This document shows positions 37,600 through 48,735 of a stretch of 49,156 nt of DNA, piece by piece. Origin of the DNA: Chitinophagales bacterium (GTDB taxonomy: Bacteria; Bacteroidota; Bacteroidia; Chitinophagales; JADJOU01). The first letter of the stretch is position 1. Each line of letters starts with the position of its first letter. The notes under the pieces were generated by a model that did no database searches, was not told where the DNA came from, and was given only the letters and a program-made list of their open reading frames with translations. Both the position numbers and the translations under genes were made by a program. The DNA is taken from contig JALOMB010000012.1 of the NCBI GenBank assembly GCA_025455685.1, positions 1 through 49,156 on the forward strand, in the 5' to 3' direction.

Positions 37600-38806
37600 C
37601 CTTCCCTTTTCATTAATAGAATCCATTACCAAAGAGCATGGTACGCCCGTTTATATCTATAGCCAAGAAGTGATTGAACGTCAGTATCAACGTCTTACAC
37701 AGGCCTTTTCAAGTCCAAAAGTCCGCTTTTTTTATGCTTGTAAAGCTTTGAGTAATATTAATATCTTAAAAGTCCTTAGAAATGCTGGCTGTGGTCTAGA
37801 TACTGTCTCAGTAAACGAGGTAAGATTGGGTCTTATGGCTGGATTTGCTCCTGAAAACATCATATATACCCCTAATAGCGTATCCTTCGATGAAATTGAA
37901 GAAGTATTAGCGCTTGGGGTACATATCAATATTGATAATATTAGCATTTTGGAGCTTTTTGGGGCTAAATATTCGAACACATATCCCGTGATGATTCGTT
38001 TGAATCCGCATATCATGGCAGGTGGCAATTATAATATATCCACAGGTCATATAGATTCTAAATTTGGAATTTCCATACATCAAACAAGACATCTTCAACG
38101 CGTAATCAAGGCCTTAAACATTAAAGTTCAAGGACTCCATATGCATACGGGAAGTGAAATAAAAGATATTCAGGTATTTATGAATTCCATGGAAGTAATT
38201 CTAGAACTCGTCGAAGATTTTCCGGATGTAACCTATATCGATTTAGGCTCAGGGTTCAAAGTCCCTTATAAACCTGATGAAAAAGCCACAAACGTAGAAG
38301 AATTGGCCTCTAAGGTGTTGGAGCGATTGTCTGCTTTTGAAGCAAAATCAGGAAGAAGCCTTGAAGTATGGTTTGAGCCGGGAAAATATCTCGTGAGTGA
38401 GGCTGGCCTTTTCGTAGCCAAGGTCAATATCGTAAAAACTACTCCTGCCACCGTTTTTATAGGGTTAAATTCAGGATTTAATCATTTAATTCGTCCCATG
38501 TTTTATCAAGCCCACCACGAAATAGTAAATTTAAGTAATCCAAATGGGGCAGAGAGAATTTACACTATAGTAGGAAATCTCTGCGAAACGGACACTTTCG
38601 CTTGGGATAGAATGATGACCGAAGTCAAAGAAGGCGATTTTATTGGCTTTTATAATGCCGGTGCTTATTGTTTTGAGATGTCTATGAACTATAACGCCAG
38701 AACTAAACCCGCTGAAATCCTAGTCGATAGAGATATGAAGCCTCATTTGATACGCAAACCTCAAACTTTTGAAGATTTAACCCGAGACTTAGTGCTAATG
38801 TCTTAA
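37589..38806 (+). CDS. lysA: Diaminopimelate decarboxylase
   Basis: YACKAL, SKFG, HMHTGS, DLGSG, EPGKY, GNLCETD, GAYC. Confidence 0.95.
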   Translation: MHHNLPFSLIESITKEHGTPVYIYSQEVIERQYQRLTQAFSSPKVRFFYACKALSNINILKVLRNAGCGLDTVSVNEVRLGLMAGFAPENIIYTPNSVSFDEIEEVLALGVHINIDNISILELFGAKYSNTYPVMIRLNPHIMAGGNYNISTGHIDSKFGISIHQTRHLQRVIKALNIKVQGLHMHTGSEIKDIQVFMNSMEVILELVEDFPDVTYIDLGSGFKVPYKPDEKATNVEELASKVLERLSAFEAKSGRSLEVWFEPGKYLVSEAGLFVAKVNIVKTTPATVFIGLNSGFNHLIRPMFYQAHHEIVNLSNPNGAERIYTIVGNLCETDTFAWDRMMTEVKEGDFIGFYNAGAYCFEMSMNYNARTKPAEILVDRDMKPHLIRKPQTFEDLTRDLVLMS

Positions 38807-38851
38807 AAAAGAATTTCTAATGTTTTATGTAATTTTACTTAGTTTTGTGTT

Positions 38852-40012
38852 ATGATTCTTGACTTTTTAGAAGCTCCGGATTTTGATTATATTCAGTCCA
38901 CAGAAGGGTTCTTGACCCATGAGTTAGGCCATTATATTAAATTTTTGGATACCGATTTGTCTTTGCTCAATGCTGCTAAAGTCTTTATATTAGGGGTAAA
39001 AGAATCTAGAAATAGTACTAAGTTTAATATTGCGTGTGAATTGGCTGTAGAAGAAATACGTAAACAGCTCTATCATTTAACCTATCAAGAAGGTTTTCCA
39101 GATATATTGGATTTAGGGAATATTATCAATTCTGAAAAGCCAGAAAATACTTATGAAATTTTAGAAAAAGTTTTGGCTTATCTCCATAGTTTTGATGCCA
39201 AAGTTATAATTTTAGGAGGTTCGCAAGATCTAACCATTCCTCAGTTCGGCGGCTTTTCTGAGTTTTATGGCAAGTCCTCGCTGACACTTATCGATGAACG
39301 AATAGATTTAAGGGATAAGGATATTTTTGACTCGCATAATTTTTTATCCAAACTTACGGAGCGTTATCGACACAAACTACTTGATATTCAGTTTCTAGGA
39401 AGTCAGATATATTTTATCCATCAGGCACAGATAGATGCATTGGCGCAATACTTTCCTAGGCTGCATCGGTTAGGAAGTTTACGATATGCTATGGAAGCAA
39501 ATAAACATCATTTGCTCAATACGCAAGTAGTGAGCTTTGATATCAATGTAATGAAGCAAGCAGATGCTCCAGGTCGATATGCACAGACGCCCAATGGATT
39601 CTTTTCTGATGAATTAGCGCAAATTTTTAGATATTTAGGCACTTCACCCTACATGAAATCCCTTGGAATTTATGAACTCAATCCTCAGTTTGATTTGAGA
39701 ACTCAATCTATCTTACTTGTGGCTCAGGCCTTATGGTATTTTTTAGAAGGAGTTTCAGATGCTATCTCTGTAGAAAATTTGGATAAGCGCTCTGATATTA
39801 GAGAATTTCAGGTGGAAAATGATTTAAGTCATAAGCCTATGAAGTTTTATTTTGATGCCAATCATGAAGTATTTTGGTTGGATTTATCTAATGCAGTAGA
39901 TGAAAATAGGCAGTACTTCGCAGTATCTCAAAAGGATTTTGACTTGTACAAATCTGAGTATATCTCTGATGATTTGTTGCATCTCTTGACCAAACTTTCT
40001 ATAGATATTTAA
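38852..40012 (+). CDS. Arginase/formimidoylglutamase family protein
   Basis: DLGNI, ILGGSQDLT, SFDI...DAP...PNGF, GIYELNP, AQALWYFLEG. Confidence 0.82.
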   Translation: MILDFLEAPDFDYIQSTEGFLTHELGHYIKFLDTDLSLLNAAKVFILGVKESRNSTKFNIACELAVEEIRKQLYHLTYQEGFPDILDLGNIINSEKPENTYEILEKVLAYLHSFDAKVIILGGSQDLTIPQFGGFSEFYGKSSLTLIDERIDLRDKDIFDSHNFLSKLTERYRHKLLDIQFLGSQIYFIHQAQIDALAQYFPRLHRLGSLRYAMEANKHHLLNTQVVSFDINVMKQADAPGRYAQTPNGFFSDELAQIFRYLGTSPYMKSLGIYELNPQFDLRTQSILLVAQALWYFLEGVSDAISVENLDKRSDIREFQVENDLSHKPMKFYFDANHEVFWLDLSNAVDENRQYFAVSQKDFDLYKSEYISDDLLHLLTKLSIDI

Positions 40013-40105
40013 GATTTTTTTCTATCTCTAAACAAGAGTTTAACTGACTATGTCGGGATTCCCAAGTCAATCTTAGATCTAAGTATATACCACAAATATC
40101 CTTTG

Positions 40106-42292
40106 TTACATATTTCTCCTATATTGACCACCTACTTCATAGAGTGCATGCGTAATCTGACCTAAAGAGGCATATTTAGATACATCCATTAGATTTTCAA
40201 ATAAGTTTTTATTGTCCAAAGATGCTTGTTTGAGTTCCGAAAGACCTTTGACTTGTTTGTCTTCAAAAGCCGATTTTAATGAATTTAACGTGTTTATTTG
40301 CTGCTGTTTTTCTAGGTCAGAAGCCCTAATAACCTCGCTAGGGATTAGCGTAGGAGAGCCTTTTGACGATAGAAACGTATTTACGCCAATTATCGGATAG
40401 GTTCCATTGTGTTTGAGCGTTTCATAATACAAACTCTCTTCTTGGATTTTAGAGCGTTGATACATCGTTTCCATAGCACCGAGCACACCATTTCTTTCAT
40501 TTATCTTGTCAAATTCTCTGAGCACAGCCTCTTCGACTAAATCAGTTAATTCTTCTATAATAAATGAACCTTGAAGTGGATTTTGATTTTTAGCTAAGCC
40601 TAATTCATTATTTATAATAAGCTGAATAGCCATTGCACGTCTCACAGAATCTTCTGTCGGAGTCGTAATAGCTTCGTCGTATGCATTGGTATGCAGAGAA
40701 TTGCAGTTATCATATATCGCATATAAGGCCTGAAGCGTCGTTCTAATATCATTAAAATCTATCTCTTGCGCATGAAGGCTTCTGCCAGAGGTTTGGATAT
40801 GGTACTTGAGCATTTGACTTCGCGCATTAGCACCATAAAGTTTCTTGAGTGCTATAGCCCATATTCTTCTAGCGACGCGACCTATTACAGAATATTCAGG
40901 ATCTAAGCCATTGGAAAAGAAAAATGAAAAATTCGGTGCAAAATCATCGATATTCATGCCTCTTGAGCGATAATATTCTAAATAAGTAAATCCGTTGGAA
41001 AGTGTGAAAGCAAGCTGAGAGATAGGATTAGCACCAGCTTCTGCTATATGATAACCAGAAATTGAAACAGAATAAAAATTGCGTACTTTATGTTGTATAA
41101 AATATTCTTGCACATCACCCATGAGCTTCAAAGCAAAATCTGTAGAAAAGATACAAGTGTTCTGCGCTTGGTCTTCTTTGAGTATGTCAGCTTGTACGGT
41201 ACCTCTAACTTTGGCGATAGTTTCTGCTTTGATTTTCAAATAAATATCTTGTGGCAGTACTTCATCGCCCGTGACGCCAAGAAGCATAAGCCCTAATCCA
41301 TTATTTCCTTCAGGTAAAATATTAGTATCGCTGCTTTCATGTGAAAACTCATATTGGGGTCTTGGTCTATGCTTAAAAATTTCGTCTAATTTCTCTTGAA
41401 CTTCTTTTTCTAACTTGTTTTCAATTATATATAGTTCGCATTGCTGATCAATAGCCGTATTTAAGAAAAAAGCTACTAAAATAGGAGCAGGGCCATTTAT
41501 GGTCATTGAGACAGAGCAGTTAGGCTGACATAAATCAAATCCACTATATAGCTTTTTCATATCATCGAGACAACAAATAGATACCCCTGAATTTCCTATT
41601 TTCCCATAAATATCTGGTCTGAGATCGGGGTCTTCCCCATATAGCGTTACAGAGTCAAAAGCAGTAGAGAGTCTTTTGGCCGGTAAACCTAAGGAAACAT
41701 AATGAAATCTTTTGTTTGTTCTTTCAGGTGTACCCTCTCCTGCAAACATCCTCGTAGGGTCTTCATTTTCACGCTTAAAAGGAAAAACCCCTGATGTATA
41801 GGGAAAACTTCCAGGTAGATTTTCAGTTTTTACCCATTTCAGGATTTCGCCCCAATCTTCGAATTTTGGCAAAGAAACCTTAGGAATGTCAAGACCTGAA
41901 AGTGATTTAGTAGTCGTTTCTATGACTAATTCTTTACCTCGAACTTGATATGAAAACATAGGTTTGGCATAGTTTTCTTTTATCGAAGACCAATTTTTAA
42001 GAATTTCTTTACTTTCAGAGTTCAGGCTATCGAAGAGTTGGTCATATCGAGCTTGCAAAGCATCAGTTATAGCTTCATTTTCTTTGAATTCTTCGAGACT
42101 TAATTTGAGTGCATAGAGCTTTCGAGCGATAGTGGATTGGTCTTTAGTTTCTTGATGATATTTCCTAATCGTCTCACTAATCTCACTGAGATAACGAACT
42201 CGATTTCCCGGAATAATAGCATTTCTAGAATTTTGTTTTTGGGAGAGGATATCTGGGACTGCAAATTTCCCTTTTGCGGTACTATGCTCCAT
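40106..42292 (-). CDS. IcmF-type acyl-CoA mutase, substrate-binding domain only
   Basis: [58 protein letters not shown]-terminus [12 protein letters not shown]. No DxH B12 motif and no P-loop. Confidence 0.9.
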   Translation of the reverse strand: MEHSTAKGKFAVPDILSQKQNSRNAIIPGNRVRYLSEISETIRKYHQETKDQSTIARKLYALKLSLEEFKENEAITDALQARYDQLFDSLNSESKEILKNWSSIKENYAKPMFSYQVRGKELVIETTTKSLSGLDIPKVSLPKFEDWGEILKWVKTENLPGSFPYTSGVFPFKRENEDPTRMFAGEGTPERTNKRFHYVSLGLPAKRLSTAFDSVTLYGEDPDLRPDIYGKIGNSGVSICCLDDMKKLYSGFDLCQPNCSVSMTINGPAPILVAFFLNTAIDQQCELYIIENKLEKEVQEKLDEIFKHRPRPQYEFSHESSDTNILPEGNNGLGLMLLGVTGDEVLPQDIYLKIKAETIAKVRGTVQADILKEDQAQNTCIFSTDFALKLMGDVQEYFIQHKVRNFYSVSISGYHIAEAGANPISQLAFTLSNGFTYLEYYRSRGMNIDDFAPNFSFFFSNGLDPEYSVIGRVARRIWAIALKKLYGANARSQMLKYHIQTSGRSLHAQEIDFNDIRTTLQALYAIYDNCNSLHTNAYDEAITTPTEDSVRRAMAIQLIINNELGLAKNQNPLQGSFIIEELTDLVEEAVLREFDKINERNGVLGAMETMYQRSKIQEESLYYETLKHNGTYPIIGVNTFLSSKGSPTLIPSEVIRASDLEKQQQINTLNSLKSAFEDKQVKGLSELKQASLDNKNLFENLMDVSKYASLGQITHALYEVGGQYRRNM

Positions 42293-42309
42293 ATAAATAA
42301 GATTTAGGA

Positions 42310-42317
42310 CAAATATA
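42310..42317 (-). promoter_or_regulatory. -7 promoter element (TATATTTG) for the mutase gene
   Basis: TAnnTTTG on the minus strand, 17 nt upstream of the ATG at 42292. Confidence 0.6.
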
Positions 42318-42346
42318 AAAAATTAAATTGAAACGCTTAGAGAAAA

Positions 42347-44575
42347 TTAAAACGCTTCGATTTCTTCTTCGTTGGCGTCAATCTGGTCTATAATAGTTTG
42401 GCTACAATCAAAATTCCGAATCAAGACACTATCGGTATGATTTGTGATAAAGTTTTTCTTAGGATTATACTTAAGCAATTTGCTGGCATAAGCTTTTGAA
42501 TACAATTTAGCCCAAATCGGCAAAGCACTACTAGCTCCCTGACCTAGTGCTGTAGAGGCGAAAGTTATACTAGGGTCATCGCAGCCTACCCATACACCGC
42601 AGAGTAGATCTGGAGTCGCCCCAATGAACCACCCATCAGAATTCGATTGAGTCGTACCTGTTTTACCTATGATAGGCATGTTGAGTTTGTATGTGCTTCG
42701 GAGCCTAGACGCAGTGCCTCTTCCTTGGGTTACTTCACGCATCATTAAATTCATTTGAAAGGCTACTTCAGGATTGAGTACTTCTTTTGGGGAGAAATAA
42801 GGTTGATATATGATGTTTCCGCGTTGATCTTCTATCCTTAGGATAGTCGTTAGAGGAACCATAATTCCTCGATTTACGAAACTCGTATAAGCCCTTACCA
42901 TTTCAAATAGAGAAATATCGGAGGTTCCTAATGCGATAGCTGGCCCAGGATCAAATGAAGCAGTAATATCAAAATGTCGACAATAATCAATTAATGCATT
43001 TGGGCTAAATTTTTTGATGAGCTGACCTGCAATTCTATTATCTGACACTTGAAGACCGTTCTTCAAACTAACTAATTGACCTTCTTTGAAATAAGGCGTA
43101 CCTTTTGGATCCCAAGAACTATGACCAGTAATATTTGGAGCTTCATAAGGCACTTGACTACATGGAGTCATTCCATTATCTATAGCCAAAGCGTATAAAA
43201 ATGGTTTAATCGTAGAGCCAACTTGACGAGCAGATTTGACATGGTCATATTTGAAATAATTAAAATCAGCACTACCTATCCAAGATTTGACATGACCATT
43301 CATCGGATTTACAGCGAGGAGACCTACTTGAAGCGCAGTCTTAAAAAGTTTTATAGAGTCAATGATACTGATACTTGTATCTTTTGGCCCGTAAGGGGTA
43401 TAGATTTCCATTTTTAATTTTTGGCTAAGTCTAGTGATAATAGTTTTTTCATCTAAGCCTTGGTTTTCTAGTTCTTTGTATATTGGCATAGCCTTGAGGA
43501 TATTGAGCACTAGATTTGGATTAGCTTTAGCTCCATAGCGATAAGGATCTTTGCCCTTCCATTCTTGATAAAAACTTTTTTGTAAATATTGAATATGCTC
43601 TTTGGTTGCTTCTTCAGCATAGGCTTGAAGTTCGGAGTTGATCGTCGTATATATTTTTAATCCATCTTTATAGAGATTATATGATGAACCATCAGGTTTA
43701 GTTAGTTTAGCAAGTATCTCGATGAGTTCAAGCCTCAAAGTCTCTCGAAAATGAGCAGCTAATCCGCTATTGTTAGAGGTTAAATGATAATTTAGTGTTA
43801 TAGGTAAGGCCTTAAGGCTATCCAAAGCTCTTTGGTCGATGAAATCATGGGTTCTCATGAGTTCTAAGACAATATTTCTTCTTTTTAAGGCGTTTTCTGG
43901 TCTGGTTTTTGGATTATATAGACCAGGGCCTTTGAGCATACCTACCAAGACAGCAGACTCTTCTATGGTTAATTGAGCAGGAATTTTTCCGAAATAAGTC
44001 ATACTAGCTTCCTTTAAACCATATGAATTATGCAAAAAACTCACAGTATTGAAATACAAAGCGATAATCTCATCTTTAGAAAAATTCTCTTCTAACTCAA
44101 AAGCGATAATCCATTCTTTAATTTTTTGTGCAATTCTTTTAAAAATATTTTTTCTTTCGGTATCGTGAAACAGATTTTTAGCTAATTGCTGAGTAATTGT
44201 CGAAGCCCCTGAAGGTTTCGCTAAAATAAATGTTCTGAAAAAAGCCGACATAAGGCCAAAGGCATCTACCCCACTATGTGATCTAAATCTAAAGTCTTCC
44301 GTGGCGATGAGTGCATCTACAGTGTGTTTTGGGATTTCATTATACGTCAACTCTGTACGATTTTCGATGTAATATTTACCTAATACGTCCATCTCTTCCG
44401 AAAGTACCACCGAGGATATGGCGTTCTTAGGATTTTTGATATCTTCTAAGGAAGGTAAAGTGCCAAATACACTGAACTTAGCCAAGAAAAACAAAAAACC
44501 TAAAAAAAGCAAACCAATACTATAGTATTTTAGAAATACTTTGAAATAACGCCATTGGTCTAGCTCATTTATCAT
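42347..44575 (-). CDS. Class A penicillin-binding protein (PBP1A family)
   Basis: ATEDFRF and GASTITQQLAKN (GT51), STIK, SDN and KTG (transpeptidase). Confidence 0.93.
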   Translation of the reverse strand: MINELDQWRYFKVFLKYYSIGLLFLGFLFFLAKFSVFGTLPSLEDIKNPKNAISSVVLSEEMDVLGKYYIENRTELTYNEIPKHTVDALIATEDFRFRSHSGVDAFGLMSAFFRTFILAKPSGASTITQQLAKNLFHDTERKNIFKRIAQKIKEWIIAFELEENFSKDEIIALYFNTVSFLHNSYGLKEASMTYFGKIPAQLTIEESAVLVGMLKGPGLYNPKTRPENALKRRNIVLELMRTHDFIDQRALDSLKALPITLNYHLTSNNSGLAAHFRETLRLELIEILAKLTKPDGSSYNLYKDGLKIYTTINSELQAYAEEATKEHIQYLQKSFYQEWKGKDPYRYGAKANPNLVLNILKAMPIYKELENQGLDEKTIITRLSQKLKMEIYTPYGPKDTSISIIDSIKLFKTALQVGLLAVNPMNGHVKSWIGSADFNYFKYDHVKSARQVGSTIKPFLYALAIDNGMTPCSQVPYEAPNITGHSSWDPKGTPYFKEGQLVSLKNGLQVSDNRIAGQLIKKFSPNALIDYCRHFDITASFDPGPAIALGTSDISLFEMVRAYTSFVNRGIMVPLTTILRIEDQRGNIIYQPYFSPKEVLNPEVAFQMNLMMREVTQGRGTASRLRSTYKLNMPIIGKTGTTQSNSDGWFIGATPDLLCGVWVGCDDPSITFASTALGQGASSALPIWAKLYSKAYASKLLKYNPKKNFITNHTDSVLIRNFDCSQTIIDQIDANEEEIEAF

Positions 44576-46419
44576 TATTCTACGGTCACACTTTTAGCTA
44601 AATTTCTTGGTTGATCTACATTGCATCCTCTGAGCAAAGCAATATGATATGCTAGAAGTTGCATCGGGATAGCAGACAATATCGGTGTTAAGACTTCGTG
44701 AATTTCTGGCAATGCGATAAAATGAGTCGACAAATTCTTGATCTCTGTTTCGTTTTCTATAGAAATAGAGATAATTTTTCCTTTTCTAGCGGCTACCTCT
44801 TGCATATTTGAGACTAGCTTGTCTTTTAAGCTCATATTATTGGCTACGAAAACCACGGGCATTTGCTCATCGATTAAAGCAATTGGCCCATGTTTCATCT
44901 CAGCAGCAGGATAACCTTCGGCATGAATATAGGAGATTTCTTTGAGTTTGAGGGCTCCTTCGAGAGCAGATGGGAAATTATAACCACGACCTAAGAATAG
45001 AAAATTCTTTGATTCATAAAAATCTTTTGCGATTTCTTGTGTTTGAAGGTCTAAATCGGGTAATATCTCTTGAATTTTGTCAGGTAGTCCTTCTAACTGA
45101 ACTAGAATTTCTGTGATTTTTTGTTTGGTCAAAGTGCCTTTTTGATCGGCAAGCCACAAAGCCATTAAGGTTAAAACGGAGAGCTGCGCTGTAAAAGCCT
45201 TAGTAGAAGCTACACCAATTTCAGGGCCTGCATGCGTGTAGCAGCCTGCATCTGAAGCTCTCGGTATTGAAGAGCCCACTACATTACAAACCCCTAATAT
45301 AAGACACCCTTTTTGCTTAGCCATATCGATAGCTGCCAAGGTATCTGCTGTTTCACCTGATTGTGAAATAGCTATGATCACATCTTCTGGATATAAGACA
45401 GGATTTCTATATCGAAACTCGGATGCATATTCTACTTCTACGTTTATACGGGCTAAATCTTCAATCAAATACTCTGCAATGAGAGCAGCGTGCCATGATG
45501 TGCCGCAAGCCATGATGATGATTCTTTTTGAGTTCAAAAGTTTATTTCGATATTCCTCCAAGCCAGCAAGCTTTATTATGCCTAAGTTAGCATCAATACG
45601 ACCACGCACAGAGTCCAAAATACTTTTTGGTTGTTCATAAATTTCTTTATGCATGAAAAAATCAAATCCACCTTTTTCAATCATTTCTAACTTGATAGAT
45701 AACTCCTGAATATAAGGTGAAATGATATCGTTTTCTAACGAAAAAATTTGAAAGTCTCCATTCGACTTAAGTTCTACGATCTCAAACTCATTGAGATATA
45801 TAATTTTTTTGGTGTATTCTACCAAAGGCGATGCATCTGAAGCAAGGAAAAATTCATTTTCACCCAAGCCTAAAAGTAAGGGAGAGCCCTTTCTAGCCCC
45901 AATCATTTCACCTGGATGAAGTGAAGATATCACACAAATAGCATAAGCTCCTGTGACTTCATTCAAAGCTAATCTAACTGCTTCTTTCAAAGAACATTGT
46001 TGATTCTTTAATACATCTTCTATCAAATGAACAAGTACTTCCGTATCCGTCTCAGATTTAAACGCATAGCCTCGATTAATCAATTCTGATTTCAAGGTTT
46101 GATAATTTTCGATTATTCCATTATGAATCACAGAAATTGTAGCCTCAGCATTAGCATGCGGATGCGCATTGACTTGATTTGGCTCGCCATGTGTCGCCCA
46201 ACGCGTATGACCTATAGCTAAATGACCAAGTCGAAACTCATCAGGAATTATCGCTTCTAAATCATCTACTTTGCCTTTGTTTTTATAAATTTTGAGCGCT
46301 TGATTGTCATAAATCGCAATTCCAGCACTATCATATCCACGATATTCTAGTCTTCTTAGACCTTTGATAACTATTGGATAAGCTTGTCGAAAGCCCATAT
46401 AGCCCACAATTCCACACAT
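44575..46419 (-). CDS. glmS: Glutamine-fructose-6-phosphate transaminase
   Basis: MCGIVG, LEYRGYDSAG, HTRWATHG, SQSGETAD, PRNLAKSVTVE. Confidence 0.98.
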   Translation of the reverse strand: MCGIVGYMGFRQAYPIVIKGLRRLEYRGYDSAGIAIYDNQALKIYKNKGKVDDLEAIIPDEFRLGHLAIGHTRWATHGEPNQVNAHPHANAEATISVIHNGIIENYQTLKSELINRGYAFKSETDTEVLVHLIEDVLKNQQCSLKEAVRLALNEVTGAYAICVISSLHPGEMIGARKGSPLLLGLGENEFFLASDASPLVEYTKKIIYLNEFEIVELKSNGDFQIFSLENDIISPYIQELSIKLEMIEKGGFDFFMHKEIYEQPKSILDSVRGRIDANLGIIKLAGLEEYRNKLLNSKRIIIMACGTSWHAALIAEYLIEDLARINVEVEYASEFRYRNPVLYPEDVIIAISQSGETADTLAAIDMAKQKGCLILGVCNVVGSSIPRASDAGCYTHAGPEIGVASTKAFTAQLSVLTLMALWLADQKGTLTKQKITEILVQLEGLPDKIQEILPDLDLQTQEIAKDFYESKNFLFLGRGYNFPSALEGALKLKEISYIHAEGYPAAEMKHGPIALIDEQMPVVFVANNMSLKDKLVSNMQEVAARKGKIISISIENETEIKNLSTHFIALPEIHEVLTPILSAIPMQLLAYHIALLRGCNVDQPRNLAKSVTVE

Positions 46420-46423
46420 AGTA

Positions 46424-47710
46424 TTATTTCTTTAGATAGTTTATTCTTAATTTGGGTTTAGCGTTTCCATTCATGGCTATAATTTTTCTAGTTTGAATGA
46501 AATTATTAGTATTCGCAAGACTCCCACCCCAATTGGTCGCTAAATTATTAGCTAATAAAGCAAACTGCAATTGAGTCGCATTATTTTCAATATGTCCCAT
46601 TAAGTCCTGTGAAATGTCTAAACGAATCTGTGAACAAGCCACACCATCAATTGTAGTGTCTATCTTGTTAGGATAATAAAAACTAATATTTTTCTGATCC
46701 AATATAGTACCATAGGCACTTGTAGCATTACCACGAGAGAGAATCCCTATTCTGTTGATTATCGAATGACTCGTATCTATTACGTTTACGATGAGTTCAG
46801 CTTTGATTATATTATAATTTTTTAGCCTTACCGCTAGGTTTGAGAAATCTAAAATACCTCTATACCCATCGTGAGACATGAGATACATTTTATTCGTAAA
46901 ATTCTTGCTATTTACGATATCTTCTACTAAGCTATTTGTCGTAGCTGCATAAATCCTAGTAAAGCTATTTGTAGCACCGGATGTATTAAATACTGAAACA
47001 ACAGATAAATTATTCGCATCTTTGCCATATATGACCAATCTCATTTGATTAGATTGGCAGGACATAATAGGCCCACCACCTGTAGAAGTGCTCGCTTCAG
47101 GCTTGATGAGAAAACCCTTAAACACATTGTGTAAGGCAGCATTATCTGAATAAGTGCCTGGAGCAATGAGTCGCTGTGCCAAGGAATTATCAAATTTTAA
47201 TCGTAATGCAGGCGGGAGTTTGATATTGCCATCCATAAAACTATCAGTAGTATTGAAGGTGAAGTTCGGAATCGTAAGCAAAGGCGTAGCATTATAAGTT
47301 GGGTCTTGGTTACCAAAGGCGTTTGCAGTAGTCATTGTCGAAGTCAATTCATAAACATTCAAGGTCATTGGGCTAGCCTGTGTTCCATTGCGAAATGTAT
47401 TGATATAAGGAGCAATCAATACAATACTGTCAACCCTAGAAAAATTAAAACTCCTGCTGCTCGAAGAAGTCTCAAATGACGTATAAAGCCCATATACACT
47501 CGTACCAAAATCAGGATGAACGGAAACTCCTAAAGACCATGCCGAAGGATTCGCAATCGTCTGAATAGAATCTCCGACCATAGACCATGTATAAGAAAAA
47601 CTATCAGATGTTAAAACATCAAATCCACTACTGTCAGCAGAATTAAATACTTCAGATTTGCTACAAGACCAAGTCAAAAGAGAAAATATTACTATCAAAA
47701 TTGGTTTCAT
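46424..47710 (-). CDS. DUF4270-like lipoprotein
   Basis: Lipobox TWS-C, LG...P.FG and DSIVL motifs, KPKLRINY end, usual position before glmS. Confidence 0.75.
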   Translation of the reverse strand: MKPILIVIFSLLTWSCSKSEVFNSADSSGFDVLTSDSFSYTWSMVGDSIQTIANPSAWSLGVSVHPDFGTSVYGLYTSFETSSSSRSFNFSRVDSIVLIAPYINTFRNGTQASPMTLNVYELTSTMTTANAFGNQDPTYNATPLLTIPNFTFNTTDSFMDGNIKLPPALRLKFDNSLAQRLIAPGTYSDNAALHNVFKGFLIKPEASTSTGGGPIMSCQSNQMRLVIYGKDANNLSVVSVFNTSGATNSFTRIYAATTNSLVEDIVNSKNFTNKMYLMSHDGYRGILDFSNLAVRLKNYNIIKAELIVNVIDTSHSIINRIGILSRGNATSAYGTILDQKNISFYYPNKIDTTIDGVACSQIRLDISQDLMGHIENNATQLQFALLANNLATNWGGSLANTNNFIQTRKIIAMNGNAKPKLRINYLKK

Positions 47711-47722
47711 GAAGAAAATTGA

Positions 47723-48547
47723 TTAAGCTACTTGGGGTGTGAATCCTAGAATTTTTAAGAAATTGTTTTGTTCATCGAGCTCATCAAAAATATGAAACAG
47801 TGGCTTTGTATTTTCTTTGCATATTTTTTCGATTTGGTCTTTTTGCTCATCGATATAATTCAATACAATATCTGAATAATGCATGGCGCTTCGCACTATA
47901 CATTCATGAGAGCATGTATCGTAAATTGCTAAATGTTTATTGGGAATATGTCCATCTAGCGAAATTAACTCTTTGAACTTCTTATGGTCATATGAAGCAA
48001 ATTGATCATCGATATTTTGAAACACTATCTTAGTTTTCATGAAGACTGGGTCTTTGTGAAAAGAGCTTTTGATATACAAAGGTACGAGGGACGAAAACCA
48101 ACCGTTGCAAATAATCATATCAGGAGCCCAACCGAATTTCTTAACGGTTTCTACGACACCTCGGTTATAAAACACCATGCGCTCTACATTATCGCTATAG
48201 AAATCACCTGATTCATCATGAAAAAGCGATTTTCGTTCGAAGAAATCATCATTATAGAGAAAATATACTTGAACTCGGTTTTTATTGATTTGAAGTGAAG
48301 ATACCTTGATCGTAAGGCTATAATCCTCACCACCAAAGGATACATTGAGCCCTGAGAGTCTAGATACTTGGTTGAGTCTGTGTTTTCGGTCATTGATAAA
48401 GCCAAACTTAGGCATTAGAATACGAATGTCACAATTATTGCTCATGAGCAAACTAGGTTGCGTAGAGAGTAATTTTGAGAGATATTCACTATTTTGGGTA
48501 AAAGGCATTAAATCATTGGCGACGATGAGTACTTTAGTTTTCTCCAT
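47723..48547 (-). CDS. Glycogen/starch synthase N-terminal-domain protein (Glyco_transf_5)
   Basis: IRILMPKFGFINDRKHRL..VSRLSG, VQVYF..NDDFF, WAPDMIICNGW. Short Bacteroidota form. Confidence 0.85.
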   Translation of the reverse strand: MEKTKVLIVANDLMPFTQNSEYLSKLLSTQPSLLMSNNCDIRILMPKFGFINDRKHRLNQVSRLSGLNVSFGGEDYSLTIKVSSLQINKNRVQVYFLYNDDFFERKSLFHDESGDFYSDNVERMVFYNRGVVETVKKFGWAPDMIICNGWFSSLVPLYIKSSFHKDPVFMKTKIVFQNIDDQFASYDHKKFKELISLDGHIPNKHLAIYDTCSHECIVRSAMHYSDIVLNYIDEQKDQIEKICKENTKPLFHIFDELDEQNNFLKILGFTPQVA

Positions 48548-48573
48548 AATACGATTGAGATATGTTTTAGATA

Positions 48574-48581
48574 CAAAGATA
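48574..48581 (-). promoter_or_regulatory. -7 promoter element (TATCTTTG) of the glycosyltransferase-DUF4270-glmS-PBP operon
   Basis: TAnnTTTG on the minus strand, 26 nt upstream of the ATG. Confidence 0.6.
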
Positions 48582-48735
48582 GCGAAAAAAAATTATTTTT
48601 CTCAATTTTTTTATGAAATTCCGCTATTTTGTTTGGATTTGTAAGTTGTTAGAGTCATTTTTTTACGTACTTAAGACTCAAGGTTTAAGCCCTGGGCTAT
48701 AAATTGAATTTTCTATGTTTTCAATCAACTTGGAG

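Noticed and set aside
40045-40085. Small palindromes (GACTATGTCGGGATTCCC, CTTAGATCTAAG) as an ncRNA or repeat element
   Set aside because: Short, single-copy here and between convergent genes. No family can be supported
42293-42346. Cobalamin riboswitch upstream of the mutase
   Set aside because: The gap is 54 nt, AT-rich and has no B12-box
46419-46430. glmS ribozyme
   Set aside because: Only 4 nt separate glmS from the upstream gene, so there is no leader
47723-48547. Short glycogen synthase as a truncated pseudogene
   Set aside because: The N-domain-only form of this size is the normal Bacteroidota gene upstream of DUF4270-glmS
6914-48644. Short antisense or alternate-frame ORFs in the track (for example 13033-13383, 36180-36452, 45374-45640, 48345-48644)
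   Set aside because: They lie inside well-supported genes and show no recognisable motifs
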